64,000 nt of DNA from Vicugna vicugna (GCA_013265495.1 MU058241.1:931249-995248), one strand, 5' to 3'. Positions 12,431-25,352 are shown, counted from the first letter of the stretch. Notes: generated from the sequence alone by a model not told the origin. Translations and numbers: made by a program.

Positions 12431-12660
12431 GGAATGAGTCTCCATAGTTTGCATCCATCTCCCCTCTTCCACGTCTACGTCACTGCCTGGCAGACTCTAC
12501 AACACAGTAACAATTTCATTGTCCACTTCATTTCAGACGCGTTCATTTGTGCTTCTCTCTGCCCCACTGTCACACCAACAGGGTTACTTCAGTGCAGTTC
12601 TGCACTGAGTAAATGGGGGAATTACTGTCACATTGTATTAAGTCCTACTGGCCATGGTTT

Positions 12661-13269
12661 TGTTAGAGCAGGCAGGTGGCTAGCTATGAACAGAGAAAGA
12701 GGAACCCAGGCCAAATCATATATCTTGTGAACAACGGGGGTCCTTGAGAAGACCAAGAAAAGCTGGAACCTCTGGACTGGTAAGTAACCACACATTCTGG
12801 GTTGATGAGTGTCCTGCAGGCAAAGACAGGTGGGACAAGACAGGAATCTCCACCATCCGAATGCAACCTTTTGATCATTATGATCTCCATCTGAAGGTAA
12901 CCTTTTGCTTATGATACCCCCACTGAACGTAACCTTTTGTTCATCGTGACCTCATCTGACTTCCTGATCAAGACTAAATAAGGACAAAAAAAATCCCTCC
13001 TCCCCACCTGGGAAGGTGGAGCTGGGATGAAGATCAGGAAAGACAACCCCACACCCCTCCCCACCACTGAACATTCTGCCCATTCGTTTTTACACCCATA
13101 CAACCAGCTTGCCAGAGAAACTCGGGGCAGCTACCCACCTGGGTCTGTCCGCCCAGCCCTTGAAAGTGTACTGCCTATACCTTAATAAATCTTTGCTTTG
13201 CTTTCTTGACCTCCAGGTCTTGTTTCTGAATTCTTTCGGCGTGAGTCAAGAACCTCCTTGCCAACAAGA
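12661..13269 (+). mobile_element. Solo ERV1-type LTR
   Basis: Starts TGTTAGAGCAGGCAGG; three U3 repeats; AATAAA 13184-13189; U5 ctgaattctttcggcgtgagtcaagaacc; 4-bp TSD gttt (12657-12660 / 13270-13273) if the terminal CA has mutated to GA. Confidence 0.8.
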
Positions 13270-13820
13270 GTTTTAAACACTAATTTCCAGCTAACATTTA
13301 GAATTACAGAGTTTTTAAGAGTCAAAATACCTCAGAAAGCCTTCAGCTCAAACAGCTCATTTCCCAGACAAAACCAAGGCCAAAAGTTATTTGCTCAAAG
13401 ACATGAAGTAATCAGTGTTAAAGCAGATAGCAACACCAGCTCTTGATGAGGTACAAAAAGGAAATCAAAATTATTTCCACTCGTATGATTAATGTGACTT
13501 TGCTGCAATCCACACTGAAAGACCTGAGATAAAATATCACAAAGTGTTTATGAAAGTACTCTGACCAGAAACGTACTAACAGCTGTTTGTTTTGCAACAT
13601 AAAATGCTATTTATACATGTCAAATTGATTATGATCAACTCATACCATACCTTACTGGTTAGAAAAATTGGGTTTTTTTTATTATTTTTAAAAAAGTATC
13701 ATGGCTATGTAATTACATTTACAAAGTTCCCGGTTTCACCTGGCATCTTAAAAACACACTTCTTTAAATTACATGATTTTAGGTTCTCGAGTGACAAAGG
13801 TCAACTAGTCTGCCCAGTAC

Positions 13821-14295
13821 TGATGAAGAAATTTTTGGACCAACTGACATCCTTCCAAGTCCAATGGCTCCCATTTCTGGGCTCTCAGACGTCTGCCTAT
13901 GATCCCTCAACAGATAAAGCATATTCTTTCCTGGGCGTGTTTCTCCTAACAAAATAACAGCCCCAGATAATGCCTAATCTCACAATAGCTCAGGCTGGCT
14001 AGTTTCAGCCCACCTTATCAGAGTCAGAAATCCTGCCCCTTCACCTAAACCACTTACCTCACCTACAAGCAATCAGAGACTTGCACACAAGCTGATCAGA
14101 CACCTTGTGAACCGACCTCATACAACAGCCCAACAACCAGCCCTCGGGGCTCACAGGCACCCCTCATCTGTGTGGCCCGCTGTGGTCTATGGCAGCATAA
14201 CCTACAAAACTCCTTTTCTACTCTCATACTTCATCTCTGATAAATTCTTTCACCAACCTGTGTATCACCATGCCACCCTGCTCTGTCCCACAACA
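13821..14295 (+). mobile_element. Older solo LTR (ERV1-like), 5' boundary uncertain
   Basis: TG start; gcaatcag CCAAT-like element; U5-like ctctgataaattctttcaccaacctg; ends cacaaca; no clean TSD. Confidence 0.5.
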
Positions 14296-16450
14296 GAAAT
14301 CAGTCCAAAAACTACAGAATGTGCCTTCTAAACTAGGTGTTTCTACCAAAGTGGAAAAGAAGAATATTGTTGTTGGATTAAACTACAGTTTTATTTTAAT
14401 ATATTGCTGTCCCTTGGAAAAATCAGTAGAGCTTGAAAAATCACATTCACTTAAAACTTAGACTCTTGGTCCTTGAAGTGACATTTTATAACTCCAGTGC
14501 ACTGCGTGCTTCTGAGTCAGTAGTTTTATCTTGGATGCCCTTTAAAGCAGCTTTGCTGAATGTTAAAAATGATGTATGACTTTTTATTAAATGTACCAGC
14601 CAATTTGCTGATACTTACACAGAAAGCAATGTTCCCTTTTCTTAAGAAAAAAAAATCCCTAGTTTTAATTTACATGTTTAGAAATGTCATGTGCTTGAAG
14701 TTTTAAATCATGTGGTTTTATAATTTGAACTAGTGAGTTAGACTAATCTGATGAGGAAGAAAAAGTCTTACTTTAATGTAAATTTAACTTCTTGTGCCCT
14801 ACGCTCACTTTAGATTTTGCAAAACAGCGAATGAGTTCCTGTTCTTAATTCCTCCCTCAAGGCAGTTTTCAGCTGCACTCATGTTGAGGATCTCTAGACA
14901 AGAAAGCGAAGGATTTCATGTAAGTTGTCTGTAACTTATTAGTCCTAGAGTTTAGCATCCACACTTGACTGCAGACTTAAAACAGAGAAGAAGGTAATTA
15001 TCGAGTTAACAGGAAAAATAAAATTTGACCCAAATTATCAAAGCCACTGCTTTGTTTGAAAGAGAAGCCACGACTGGTATGTAAATTGCACTGACAGATA
15101 AGTTACACATGGAGATCAAATAACAGTACAAGGCAGAGTCTCCTGTCTGCTGCAGGTTTAGGTAGGTCAGTTATGACACTATGCTAACAAGGTCGACGGG
15201 AGGTTAAAAGTCCAGGTGGGCAGCTAACTTTGCTCTGGTCCACAGCCATAAAAATACACTTTAAACTGAATGAACAAGCTTAGCTGTTTAAGAGTCCACT
15301 TACTAGGGACAACAAGTCTTAAATATAGAAAGACAATGATAAGTATTTATGTATGTAGGCAAATATAGGTCATTGGGGAAAAGTTAATTTATAATATGAA
15401 TTTAGGTATTAAATTATAAAATCATTCAATCACAAATGACAGCTTCTCCCATATGAACATCGTGTGAAGGCGATCAGTCAGCCAGTTCTCTGATGGGCTG
15501 CCAATGAACTAGGCATGTACTTTGAAAGGTCTATGTTTCCATAACCAGGCTCCGTAATTTTCTTAAGAATGTGCCAACATGGCTCTCTGTGTCCAAGATG
15601 GCAAAGCCATACAGACTGCCCTTAAACTGTTAAGTTAAACACTCCAAACTTATTTTCTTACCACCAGCTAACATCATACTTTCTGCTGTCAAATTCTCAC
15701 CAAACTAGGCTGCAGATTTTCATATTCATGGAGAAGTGCTTGAGGGATATGCAAGCTCTCCGTGCTTTCTGGAGTCATCCTTGGTTCTGGCCTTTAGGAA
15801 CGGGATGCGGCTATATGGCCTCCATTACAACAAGCATTTAGCTCCAGCTTGGGCTCATCATTCTAGCCTTACTTTCCTTTACTCTAATTACATCTATTTT
15901 CCCTCGACTGTTGTTAATGTTTCTGTACTTTGGCACTAATCGCTCTAAGTGAGGGAAGCCAAGTAAACCTAAGTAAATAAATGACTTAAAACCAATAAGA
16001 AAAGTTAACTGCAGACACAGTGTCCTCTGGGAACTATAAGCTTTGCTCATCCATCCGTCTGTTTCCTCTAACGCTCTGAAATCATAGGGGAAATGTAGAT
16101 ACTTGTTTTTTTACAATGCACTGAAATACCCCTTAGAAAGAGCCCTTCACGTGCAGCACAGGACAACGCCGATATTCCCATTCACAGCTTCCCTGCCTCT
16201 TAGACGATCTCCACACAGCTCTGAATGCTGGGGAATAATTTATCCCATTGATACATGTAGACACTGTGACAGCAATATTATTTAGTCCAGTTCATATTAC
16301 TGAGTCAAGGAAAAAAAAAAAAAGGGAAACCGTCCTTAAAATAACTGCAGGTTGAGGAGGCCGACTTGTCAGGAAGAAAGTAATTACTCCTCTCAGAAGT
16401 CCTTCCAAGCTCACTGGCTATTGGAGGTGGACGGTGGAGAGAGCCTTCCG

Positions 16451-16633
16451 GGGGCTGTCCCACAGAAACTGCCATAGTGATGGAGATGTTCTACAGTGGT
16501 GCTTTCCAAGATGGCATCACATTTCGAAATGTGGCTGGCGCAACTGAGGAATTCATTCTTTAAATTTAACTTAACCTTAAATAATGCAAATGTAGTCCCC
16601 GGTGGCTCGTGGCTACCACCGTGGACAGCAGAG
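16451..16633 (+). mobile_element. MER3 (hAT-Charlie) non-autonomous DNA transposon
   Basis: gctgtcccacagaaactgccatagtgatggagatgttcta...gaaatgtggctggcgcaactgaggaa...gtggctcgtggctaccaccgtggacagcag; ends gctgtcc / ggacagc are inverted repeats. Confidence 0.8.
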
Positions 16634-17934
16634 CTGCAGATCTTTTAAGCGCACACACTGGCAAGTCTCCATCTGACATCCCTCTATGCTGCTGACCATC
16701 GTGTCATCTTTTCTAACCGTTTAGTAGTTGATGTCGTTAATAAAGTTCTCCAGTTCTGCCCTCTTCATGCTAAAGGCATTATCGCACCCACAAAACTAAA
16801 ATTTGTCAAACAGAAAACTTGGGACAGATACCCTGAAGTGCCTCTACACCAAATGATGTAATTGAAGCTCTAAATTGTGCTCTATTGTATTTATCTCATT
16901 GGTTCACATCGATTTTTGAAAGTAGGAAATATCTGAAGATTGTTTGCACCTATCAGTTTACAAACATAAAATGTATATAAGTAAATAAAGTAACTCCAGT
17001 CCTACAAATCTCTACAGTCTGCTGAATGGGAAGTCACTCCCCTTAGGCTAGTGAAATGTGGTAGTAAAATTTATTACAAGTTAATGACATCCCCATTTCG
17101 ATCACTTGATGCATTTTTTTTAAATGCAAGAGAAGGAAGTGATGGCGATTCTCACGTGGGTGCCTGGTGGCATTTCTGCTGTTTACTCTCAGGTTTTCCT
17201 GTATAATTTCTACGTTACCCATCCATTCACATTCTATTCATGATATGACAGATAACCGTCTTTTCAGGACAGTCAGGAACGACGTGAAATAATCCTGTCT
17301 ATCTCTCCTTTGACAAATAAAAGCAGTATACGTAGCCTAGTATGTACGACCCAGCAAATGCTGCTAATGATTTTTAACTCAATAGGTTTTCTCTCTTCCT
17401 AACAGACGTGAAAAGACAGACCATCTCTTTTCAATTAGTAAAGCAGCAACATGTGCACACGTGGCCTTGAAAGTAAAACCCTTATCTAAAGATACAGAGA
17501 TAAAGATTTAAACGTGAATGATGCCAATTTCCAGTAATATTTATCATATGGAAATGGTGGGCTAATTTAATAGTAAATGCTGATACGAATGCTGTTTCTT
17601 TCATTTAAAAAGTACGCAAGTCAAAGGTGGTTCTTATTCTTGGCTATTTCCTTCGCCATACAGGGCTGACTTGAGCTAGTAGGGGAGCAACCAAGAAATA
17701 TTCTCTTAGTTAAAGATAAATCGATGCATACATATTTTTTAACAGGGTCTTCTGCCAACTGAAAATAAACTGGAGACTTCCCTAAATTTCTGTACAATGT
17801 GGAACAGGACAGTTCTGGGCCACCCTTTTAGTCTGTGGTTGTGCTAGGATTTTGATGTTTTTTCTCAGGTTTCCAAGGAGTCTCCAGTGAATCGGATTGA
17901 GTTTTATTTCTGTGTTCCCATGGCTGAAGCCTAA

Positions 17935-18150
17935 TTTGATTGACAACTGTTTGCAGAGAGCCTGCCGTACGCCTGGGAGCTTGGCATAAGCACCAAGAAG
18001 TAACAGACAGCCTCTATCCGCAAGGAGATTCATAGATCCATGCAATAACTACAGAGCAGGGCAACGAGCAACGGAGACTGTCTGACACCATCGGAGACTA
18101 ACGGAATTACTGAGCCCAAGACAGAGGAAGAATGAGGGAACTGTGCAGAG
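17935..18150 (-). mobile_element. L2 3' end, antisense
   Basis: gacaactgtttgcagagagcctgccgtacgcctggg...acagacagcctctatccgcaaggagattcatag resembles the antisense L2 tail. Confidence 0.5.
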
Positions 18151-18639
18151 AAGCGCCTCCTTGTGGACACAGCTGCGAGTCCCCCCTCACCTCTCTCTGA
18201 CTGAATCACTTCCCAGAGGCGCCTACCCCTGAGAAAGTTTCCTCTTGGATACCATCACTCATTTTATTTTCATAATTAGAAGAATGCTCTTGGAATGAAA
18301 TAAGAAACACACAGTTTAAAAACACAAAACAGGCAAAATGCTAACTTTAAAACTTGAGAAATAGAAATTAAGCTGAAAGTCATCAACATTACACCGAAAG
18401 TGGATGTAAGTCCATAAAAAGGACAGAGTCCTTTCTAAAAGTGTGAGGTTCTGGTGGCTTCAGATTTTTCTTGGGATTTCACTATGTCTGAGTTGACTGT
18501 TGAGGCCGAGACAGGTGGCGAGTTTCTGGTGAGTCACGGCAGCCCAAGTGCCCTGAGACACTGGATCACACCCTTCTCACCGCCCCAGCCCTTCCACATG
18601 CACCTACGGGAGTATTTACCCCCTCCCTGTAGAGATCCA

Positions 18640-19235
18640 TAGTTATAAGATGCTTTTGCCCCTAAATCTGAGCTGACCTCAAACAGAGATGATACCTTAC
18701 TCACTCTCTCCTCCGTCGTTTGCCTCTTGGGCTCTTAGTCTCTTGTTAGTCTTGCAGAGTCAAAATCTCTTCTGACGGCCAAAGGGTCATGTGTGGTCTG
18801 GCCACCCCTTCCCTCTCCATTCCTATCAGGCTCAGAGCCTTCTCACCAGCCCCCTTCTCCTCCAAAAAGCCGATAATGGCAATGACGTCCCCATCACTCC
18901 ACCTTGCCACATCCCTATCACAGGAGCATCTGCTTATCCATCCATCCCCAGTTAAACCCTAAAGCTCAGGGCAGTCTTCTTTCCTACCCACCAGGAGATG
19001 TGTCCCCCAGCTTCATGCTGACATGACACTGTGTGCCTTTCTGTCCCAGCATTTTTCACGATGTTCAGTTAAACATAGAACTGCATGGCAATACGAATCA
19101 TACCTGGTTTTGCCAAACTAACTGTAGGTTCCACGTAAGTGGGCGTGTTTCTCTTCCACGTTTTTTGTTATTTCGAACCCTCAAGTAGCATGACTGATGT
19201 AGAGCAGATGTTCAGGAAAATATTCTAATATTGAT
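18640..19235 (+). mobile_element. L2 3' fragment
   Basis: gtcaaaatctcttctgacggccaaagggtcatgtgtggtctggccacccc...actaactgtaggttccacgtaagtggg...gtagagcagatgttcaggaaaatatt. Confidence 0.55.
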
Positions 19236-19458
19236 ATGTGTAATATCAACTTATACAAATGTTTATGAATAAACATTTATAATATCAATCGGTGGCAACT
19301 CCAATCAGTGGATTTTGAGAAAAATCTAAATGTCACTTGGACAAGTGCAAATCTGGTTTACAGTTCTTGTCTGATGGGACCAGTAACTCATACAGAATGG
19401 GACCAGTATTCAACTTGATGGTTTGCTGCTTTACTAGGTAATTATCAACAGTAAGTGA

Positions 19459-20467
19459 CAAATGAAACTGACAAAGGCTTGATCTCCAGAATATGTAAGC
19501 AGCTCATATGACTTAACAAGAAAAAAAATAAACAACCCAATCCAAAAATGGGCAGAAGACCTAAACAAGCAATTCTCCAAGGGAAAAATACAAATGATCA
19601 ATAGGCACGTGAAAAAATGCTCAACATCACTAATTATCAGAGAAATGCAAATCAAAACTACATTGAGGTATCACCTCACACCAGTCAGAATGGCCGTCAT
19701 TCAAAAGTCCACAAATGACAAATGCTGGAGAGGCTGTGGAGAAAAGGGAACCCTCCTCCACTGCTGGTGGGAATGCAGTTTGGTGCAGCCACTGTGGAAA
19801 ACAGTATGGAGATTCCTCAGAAGACTAGGAATAGACTTACCATATGACCCAGGAATCCCGCTCCTGGGCATATATCCAGAAGGAACCTTAATTTAAAAAC
19901 ATACACACACCCCAATGTTCACAGAAGCACTATTTACAATAGCCAAGACATGGAAACAGCCTAAATGTCCATTAACAGATGACTGGATAAAGAAGAGGTG
20001 GTATATTTCTACAATGGAATACTACCCAGCCATAAAAACTGACAACATAATGCCATTTGCAGCAACATGGATGTTTCTGGAAGATGTCATTCTAAGTGAA
20101 GTAAGCCAGAAAGAGAAAGAAAAATACCATATAAGATTGCTCATATGCGGAATCTGAAAAAAACAAATAAACAAAACAAACCATAAATACAAAACAGAAA
20201 CAGACTCACAGAATACAAACTTTGGTTGCCAGGGGGATGGGGGATGGGAAGGGACTGGGATTTCAAAATGTAGACTAGATAAACAAGACTGTACTAAGTG
20301 GCACAGGGAAATACATACAGGATCTTGTGGTGGCTCACAGCGAAAGAGGATGTGACAATGAATGTATGTATGTTCATGTATAACTGAAAAATTGTGCTCT
20401 ACACTGGAATTTGACACAACATTGTAATATGACTATAACTCAACTTAAAAAATGTTAAAAAAAAAAA
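19459..20467 (+). mobile_element. Young camelid-type L1, 5'-truncated (~1 kb), with A tail
   Basis: ORF2 C-terminus, 3' UTR (gcacagggaaatacatacaggatcttgtggtggctcacag...actataactcaa) and an A tail; possible degenerate TSD aacagtaagtga / aacaataagaagtga. Confidence 0.95.
19461..20157 (+). pseudogene. L1 ORF2p C-terminal (Cys-rich) region with two in-frame stops
   Basis: One frame reads [37 protein letters not shown]...[19 protein letters not shown]...[18 protein letters not shown]...[12 protein letters not shown]...*...TIAKTWKQPKCP...FAATWM; ORF-track entries 19594-19896 and 19915-20157 are in the same frame. Confidence 0.92.
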
Positions 20468-20779
20468 CAATAAGAAGTGAAACGATGCCTCCTAAAAATA
20501 TTCGGCAGTGCCACGGAGAACTTTAGAATCTTTACTACATAGCTAAATCATCAAGAACTTTAGGAAATGTTTTAAGTCATCTGTGATCAAGACTGAACAC
20601 TAAAATTACACCGGGATGGAAAAACACACCCTCAACTGTTCTATGTGACACAAAAGAAAGTAATTTTTAAAATAACTTGATTTTACAGAAATAGAAATGA
20701 AAAATTATATACATAAAATTGTTCTGGCATTCTCTTTTCTATCACTGATTATTTCAGTCCACATGGAGACATATTAACA

Positions 20780-21062
20780 CTTTCAGTACACCTTAAGAAT
20801 CAGGAGAGAACCTTGCCCAGGGCATGCACATGATGAATAAGATGCACAAATGCCTGGGAAATGGGACAGAGACACCTGCTCAGGTGAGTCCCCTGTGCAT
20901 CCAGGTTGAGAAGTGCTGGGCTAGATCAGTATCTCTCACACTTTAATGAGCACACGAGTCACCAGGGCAACTGCATAAAACACTGATTCTCAGAGTGCAA
21001 CCTGAGACTGCATCTCAACAAGCTCCCTGGTGAGATGTGAGACCCACTCTGAGTCCCAGGGG
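20780..21062. mobile_element. Two adjacent MER5-like (hAT-Charlie) relics
   Basis: caggtgagtcccctgtgcatccaggttgagaagtgctg (MER5B-like end), then cagtatctctcacactttaatgagcacacgagtcacc...ctgagactgcatctcaacaagctccctggtga (MER5A-like). Confidence 0.6.
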
Positions 21063-21264
21063 TCAGATAATCCTCAAGGGGGAGAGACATCCTTATCCAG
21101 GGAACAAGCTGGGCTGCTTGGAATTGAGTTTTCCATTTATTGGGGGCATTTATTATTTAAGACCAGTCTATTTTAACCAAGTGTTCCAATTGCTTCCACT
21201 GAAAAAAAGACCTCTACTGTATAATCGCAGCATGAAATGTAAGAGGGCATAATACAAAGGTGGG

Positions 21265-21620
21265 GCGCCAACTGGTACAATGCCCTTCAGGGTTTCCCCA
21301 TTCCTGGAGTCTATGCCTTGTACAAGCCTCTCCTGGTCAAGTGTGGACTTCACCAGTGAGCTGATTCTAAAGAAAAGCAAGTGGCAAACAAAGGTGATGG
21401 GTGGTCACTTCTGTGACGAGGAGACAGAGCACCAACTTCCGTCTTGCTAGCAGATGCTCTATGTCATCTCCTAGGACTACAGGCTTTGATAAAGCAAGCT
21501 GCCATGTCAGAGAGGCCCCCGCAGCAAGGAACGGAGGGCATCCTTCAGCCAACATCCAGTAAAGAATGGAAGCCTGCAGCCCAGTAATCCATGAGGAACT
21601 GAAACCTGCCCATAACCAGG
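21265..21620 (+). mobile_element. MaLR LTR fragment (MLT1F-like)
   Basis: aaaggtgatgggtggtcacttctgtga...gctttgataaagcaagctgccatgtcagagaggccc...gaggaactgaaacctgcccataacca. Confidence 0.75.
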
Positions 21621-24600
21621 AAACCAGCTCCACCAACAAGTCAGATACTCAAGTGTACAGGGCACACCACAACTCATCTGGAAATGAACCCACTACATCC
21701 TATCTGGGTACCCAATGTTTATGCCTTTCAATATCGTTACTATATTTCACTCACTTTTGTTTCTTAAAAGTGCTACGAGATGTAAAATTGCTTCTGTTCT
21801 TTTTCAACTACTATGTTGGCATCTGAAATTAAGAGGATGAAAATAAATGTCTGTTAATCAAGACAGAGAAACTTGAAAAAGTAGTGTTCTAATTACAAAT
21901 TTAAATGCTTACTGTACAAATCTTTGCCGAGTTTCAACTGCCTGACTCCCGTAACTGCAGTTCATGTGACTGCCCCTTTGATTTTTCCTTTACGCGCAGC
22001 ACTCTCCCACCTCCCAACTGTAGCTGGTTTGATACCCAACCCGTGATTTTGAAGGATGCACACCCATTTCGTCAACAAGATGGTGGTAACCAGATAAAGC
22101 ATTTCACCGAGATTCATTACGTCATCCTTAGCCAACAGTTGCTTTCCTCCCAAAACTTTCTTTCCCACTCAGAAGAAATTCAAACTCTATGGTGATATCA
22201 GAAATCTGGTGTGAGCCCAGCTCTTCTCAGATTACTGCTGCCGTATTTTCAGCTTTGCCTATGTTCTGACTCAATCTGACAAGAACTGGGGTTTACCTCC
22301 CTTCCAAAAGGTGAACAAATAAAATGGATTAAGAGTATAAAACGTGCATTGCTTATGTCACAGTTCTCCGGGGAGCTCTAAGCCCAGGTGCTCATTCGGG
22401 AATGGAGAGAAAAATCAACACATTCTCCATTTATCCTTGGCTTAACTTTAAGCCCATAAAAAGTGACTACATAATCTGAGGTGTATGCTATTCAACACTC
22501 AGGGGATAAAGTATCTTTCAAAGATTGTATTTTAAACATTATTTAATTAGAGATACTGTTCTCTCTGACAACGCATGCCCATAATTCTGAGTCTTTAAAC
22601 ATCTTTTATGAGACATCTGTCATCTCCAGCAGTTCACTCTTGAGTGATGCTTTGAGATTTTTAGGACCAAGCTGAGGCATCCCACACAAACATACGTCAG
22701 GCACCTTCAATCACTGAAAGGCAGAGTGATTCTGAAACCACGAGTGTTGTGCAACATCATTCACTATAAGTGACTTGTGTATGGGAGGGGGCATCTTGCC
22801 CAAGACTTTCTACGCTCATGCTTTTCTGTCCGTCTTTTGTTTCGGACTCAGGTGCCCTCATCTTTTCAGGATACAAGCAAACCTTGGGCTCTGTCCAGTC
22901 TCCTGTGGTGCTGATTATGAGCATGCGGGCCATACTTCCTCACACCTCTTTGGTTTACAAATGCTGCTTGTTTTCTTTGCTATAAGGTCACATATGGGCT
23001 CTTTCTGGTCACAGTAAAAACATTATGAGGGTCTCATCTCTTCCAAGACACGCTTTATTCATTTAACGGAAAAAAGAAAAAAACACTTGCCTCTGGAACT
23101 AGGTAATTATGCATAGGACTTTACTGTTCTATGGAGAAGAAAGAGATTTCATCTTTCTCTGGAATAAAATCGTTTCTTAAGCAATACTTGACTGTTCACT
23201 TGTCATTCCATGCTGGCTTGTCCCACAGGCTGGAAATGCCCCTTCTCCATTCTCACTTCCCCGTTCCTTCTGCCAACCACAGGCATCTAAGCATGGATTC
23301 CAGGATATTCCCAAGCTCTGGAGCCAGCTCTTCTGTGGGCATGAAAATACACTTCTTGGGCTCACATTTTATCTGTGCTTTGGTTCTAGAAAATGAAGAC
23401 CGCTAATAGCTGGCAGCTACATTTGAGGTTTTGCAGTTTACTTTGAGAAACTGTAGGCGAATAACCCTGCACACATTTTTCCTATTCCCACAAGGAGAAG
23501 AGCAACTGGATTCCAAAGTGATTGTCCCTTGGGCCAAGAACAAAGTATGGGACACAGCATGGGGATTACTTCAACTTTAATGCTGGAATTTTATCCCAAA
23601 TCCAAAGTCATGACAACTAAGAAATACTATATAGCAGTATGTTTACAATATCCAACAAATGTCACGTTGACACCATCTAAGATTTACTCAGAGACTACAG
23701 AGAAAGTATTTATAGTTAAATGATGTGCTTCTTTACTCAATTAAATATCTACTCCCTAAAACAAGACCTGAGACAAGTAGAAGCAAGGAGATTTAAATTT
23801 AAAACCTGATCTAATTCTGTAAATTGCACCACCTTTTCATATTAAAAAGGGTGGAGCATTAAGCTCTATTTTATTTCCAGAATAGTTAATTCCATTGTAT
23901 TTATCTGTGAAATCTGTTTTCCCCTGAAGAGAAAGTCACACTTCTCAAAAGTGTCTTCTTTAGTCGACAAGACTTTACACATATCTACTTTCCAGTAAAC
24001 TAAAGTCAAAAGAGTGATTCTGTAGTTCCTCCTGGGCCTATTATTAATATCACAAGTGGAATTTTGTAAGACTTTGAACTGATTCGAAACAAGCTAGTTG
24101 GACAGTTCCATCACTGCTGAAATTATGATAATCAGTTGTCATAAAAGCTCTCGCCTGCTGTGAAATATCTGAGCCCCAGAAGAAATATGCTGAGAATAAA
24201 TACAGCCATGTTGATCAAAAAACTCTAAAAGAATTCATATAAATGTGTGACAAGGAAAAAAACCCAAAGATTTTATACAAGTTTTTAAACACCAAGAAAA
24301 TTTAAACATAAAATCTAAATTATAAAGACTTTAAAAAATACATATACATAGCGGAGCACAGAAAGAGAGACAGAGAATAAAAGTGAATTGCAAAGAAGGA
24401 ATAGTTGCTTTCTGACTTGTCTTGGCATCATTGGGGAGGCTCCTGGCTGTCCTGTCAGACAGCTGTCTTTACAGCAACTGGCTCCAACTCTGTATCATGA
24501 CTTGCCATTGCAGTGTGGTTATTGTATTATTAGAGTAAACGAAACTGAATGAAACAAAAAACTCAAGCAAGAAACAAGTCCCCTTAAAAATTCTGTTTCC

Positions 24601-25352
24601 ATTCAGTATCAATACCATCTTTGACTCTCCAATCCTTTTGCTCTTCTAAATAAGGAGCCAGGTTGATTCCCCAGCATATGCAATTTCTCTTTACGTGAGC
24701 AGTCAGAGATGAAAAGCCACAAGGAAGATTCAACGGGACACAATATTTCTGCAGCACCGTCAGCACAGATACACACAGATGGAGGTAAACTGTCCATGGA
24801 TTTTCATCTTTAGCAGACAGCAGGTCTATTCAGTCACACTCACACACAACAAGTCAGAATTTCACACTTGCAACTGTTATAAATTTCAAATGACTGTCTT
24901 TTTTTTTTTTAATATCTTGTAGCCATAAAACACGCACTATAATTCTCAAGTTGTAGATTTGGCCAGTTTTACAATCTACATTTATAATTCTCTATTTTTA
25001 TCACATTACTGCAACCCAATTCATACACACGTTGCTGATGCGGTCTGAAGTTTTTGTTGGCATGAGCTGAGTGGTGACAGATTTCTTCATTTTTGAAAAT
25101 CTTCCCAGCCCCTGACAAGCCCCACTCTGCAGCAACTCACAGCATATGTGCTTAGCCCACACTTTGCAAAGACGGCGCTATTTTAAGGCCCCGCACTTGT
25201 CTTACTGCAGCAATTTTCTTTACTCCTCACCTGCGCCTTTGCTTTGCCTTTGTTTCTTGAATTAAAATGTAAAAGGCAACCGACTACACAGCTGGTGTGA
25301 AGGAGAAAGTGGCAGAGACGATGTGCTTGGGTTAGAGCAATTCCCGAAGAGA

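Noticed and set aside
12853..12960. CRISPR-like repeat-spacer array
   Set aside because: Only three degenerate units, the intervening segments resemble each other, it lies within a mammalian LTR, and no cas genes are present.
19257..19284. AT-rich hairpin aaatgtttat-ga-ataaacattt
   Set aside because: Short, AT-rich and adjacent to an L2 tail; too small for a pre-miRNA.
21913..22015. Coding exon ending at the minus-strand gtaagc donor near 21912
   Set aside because: Stop codons in all three frames and no clear acceptor.
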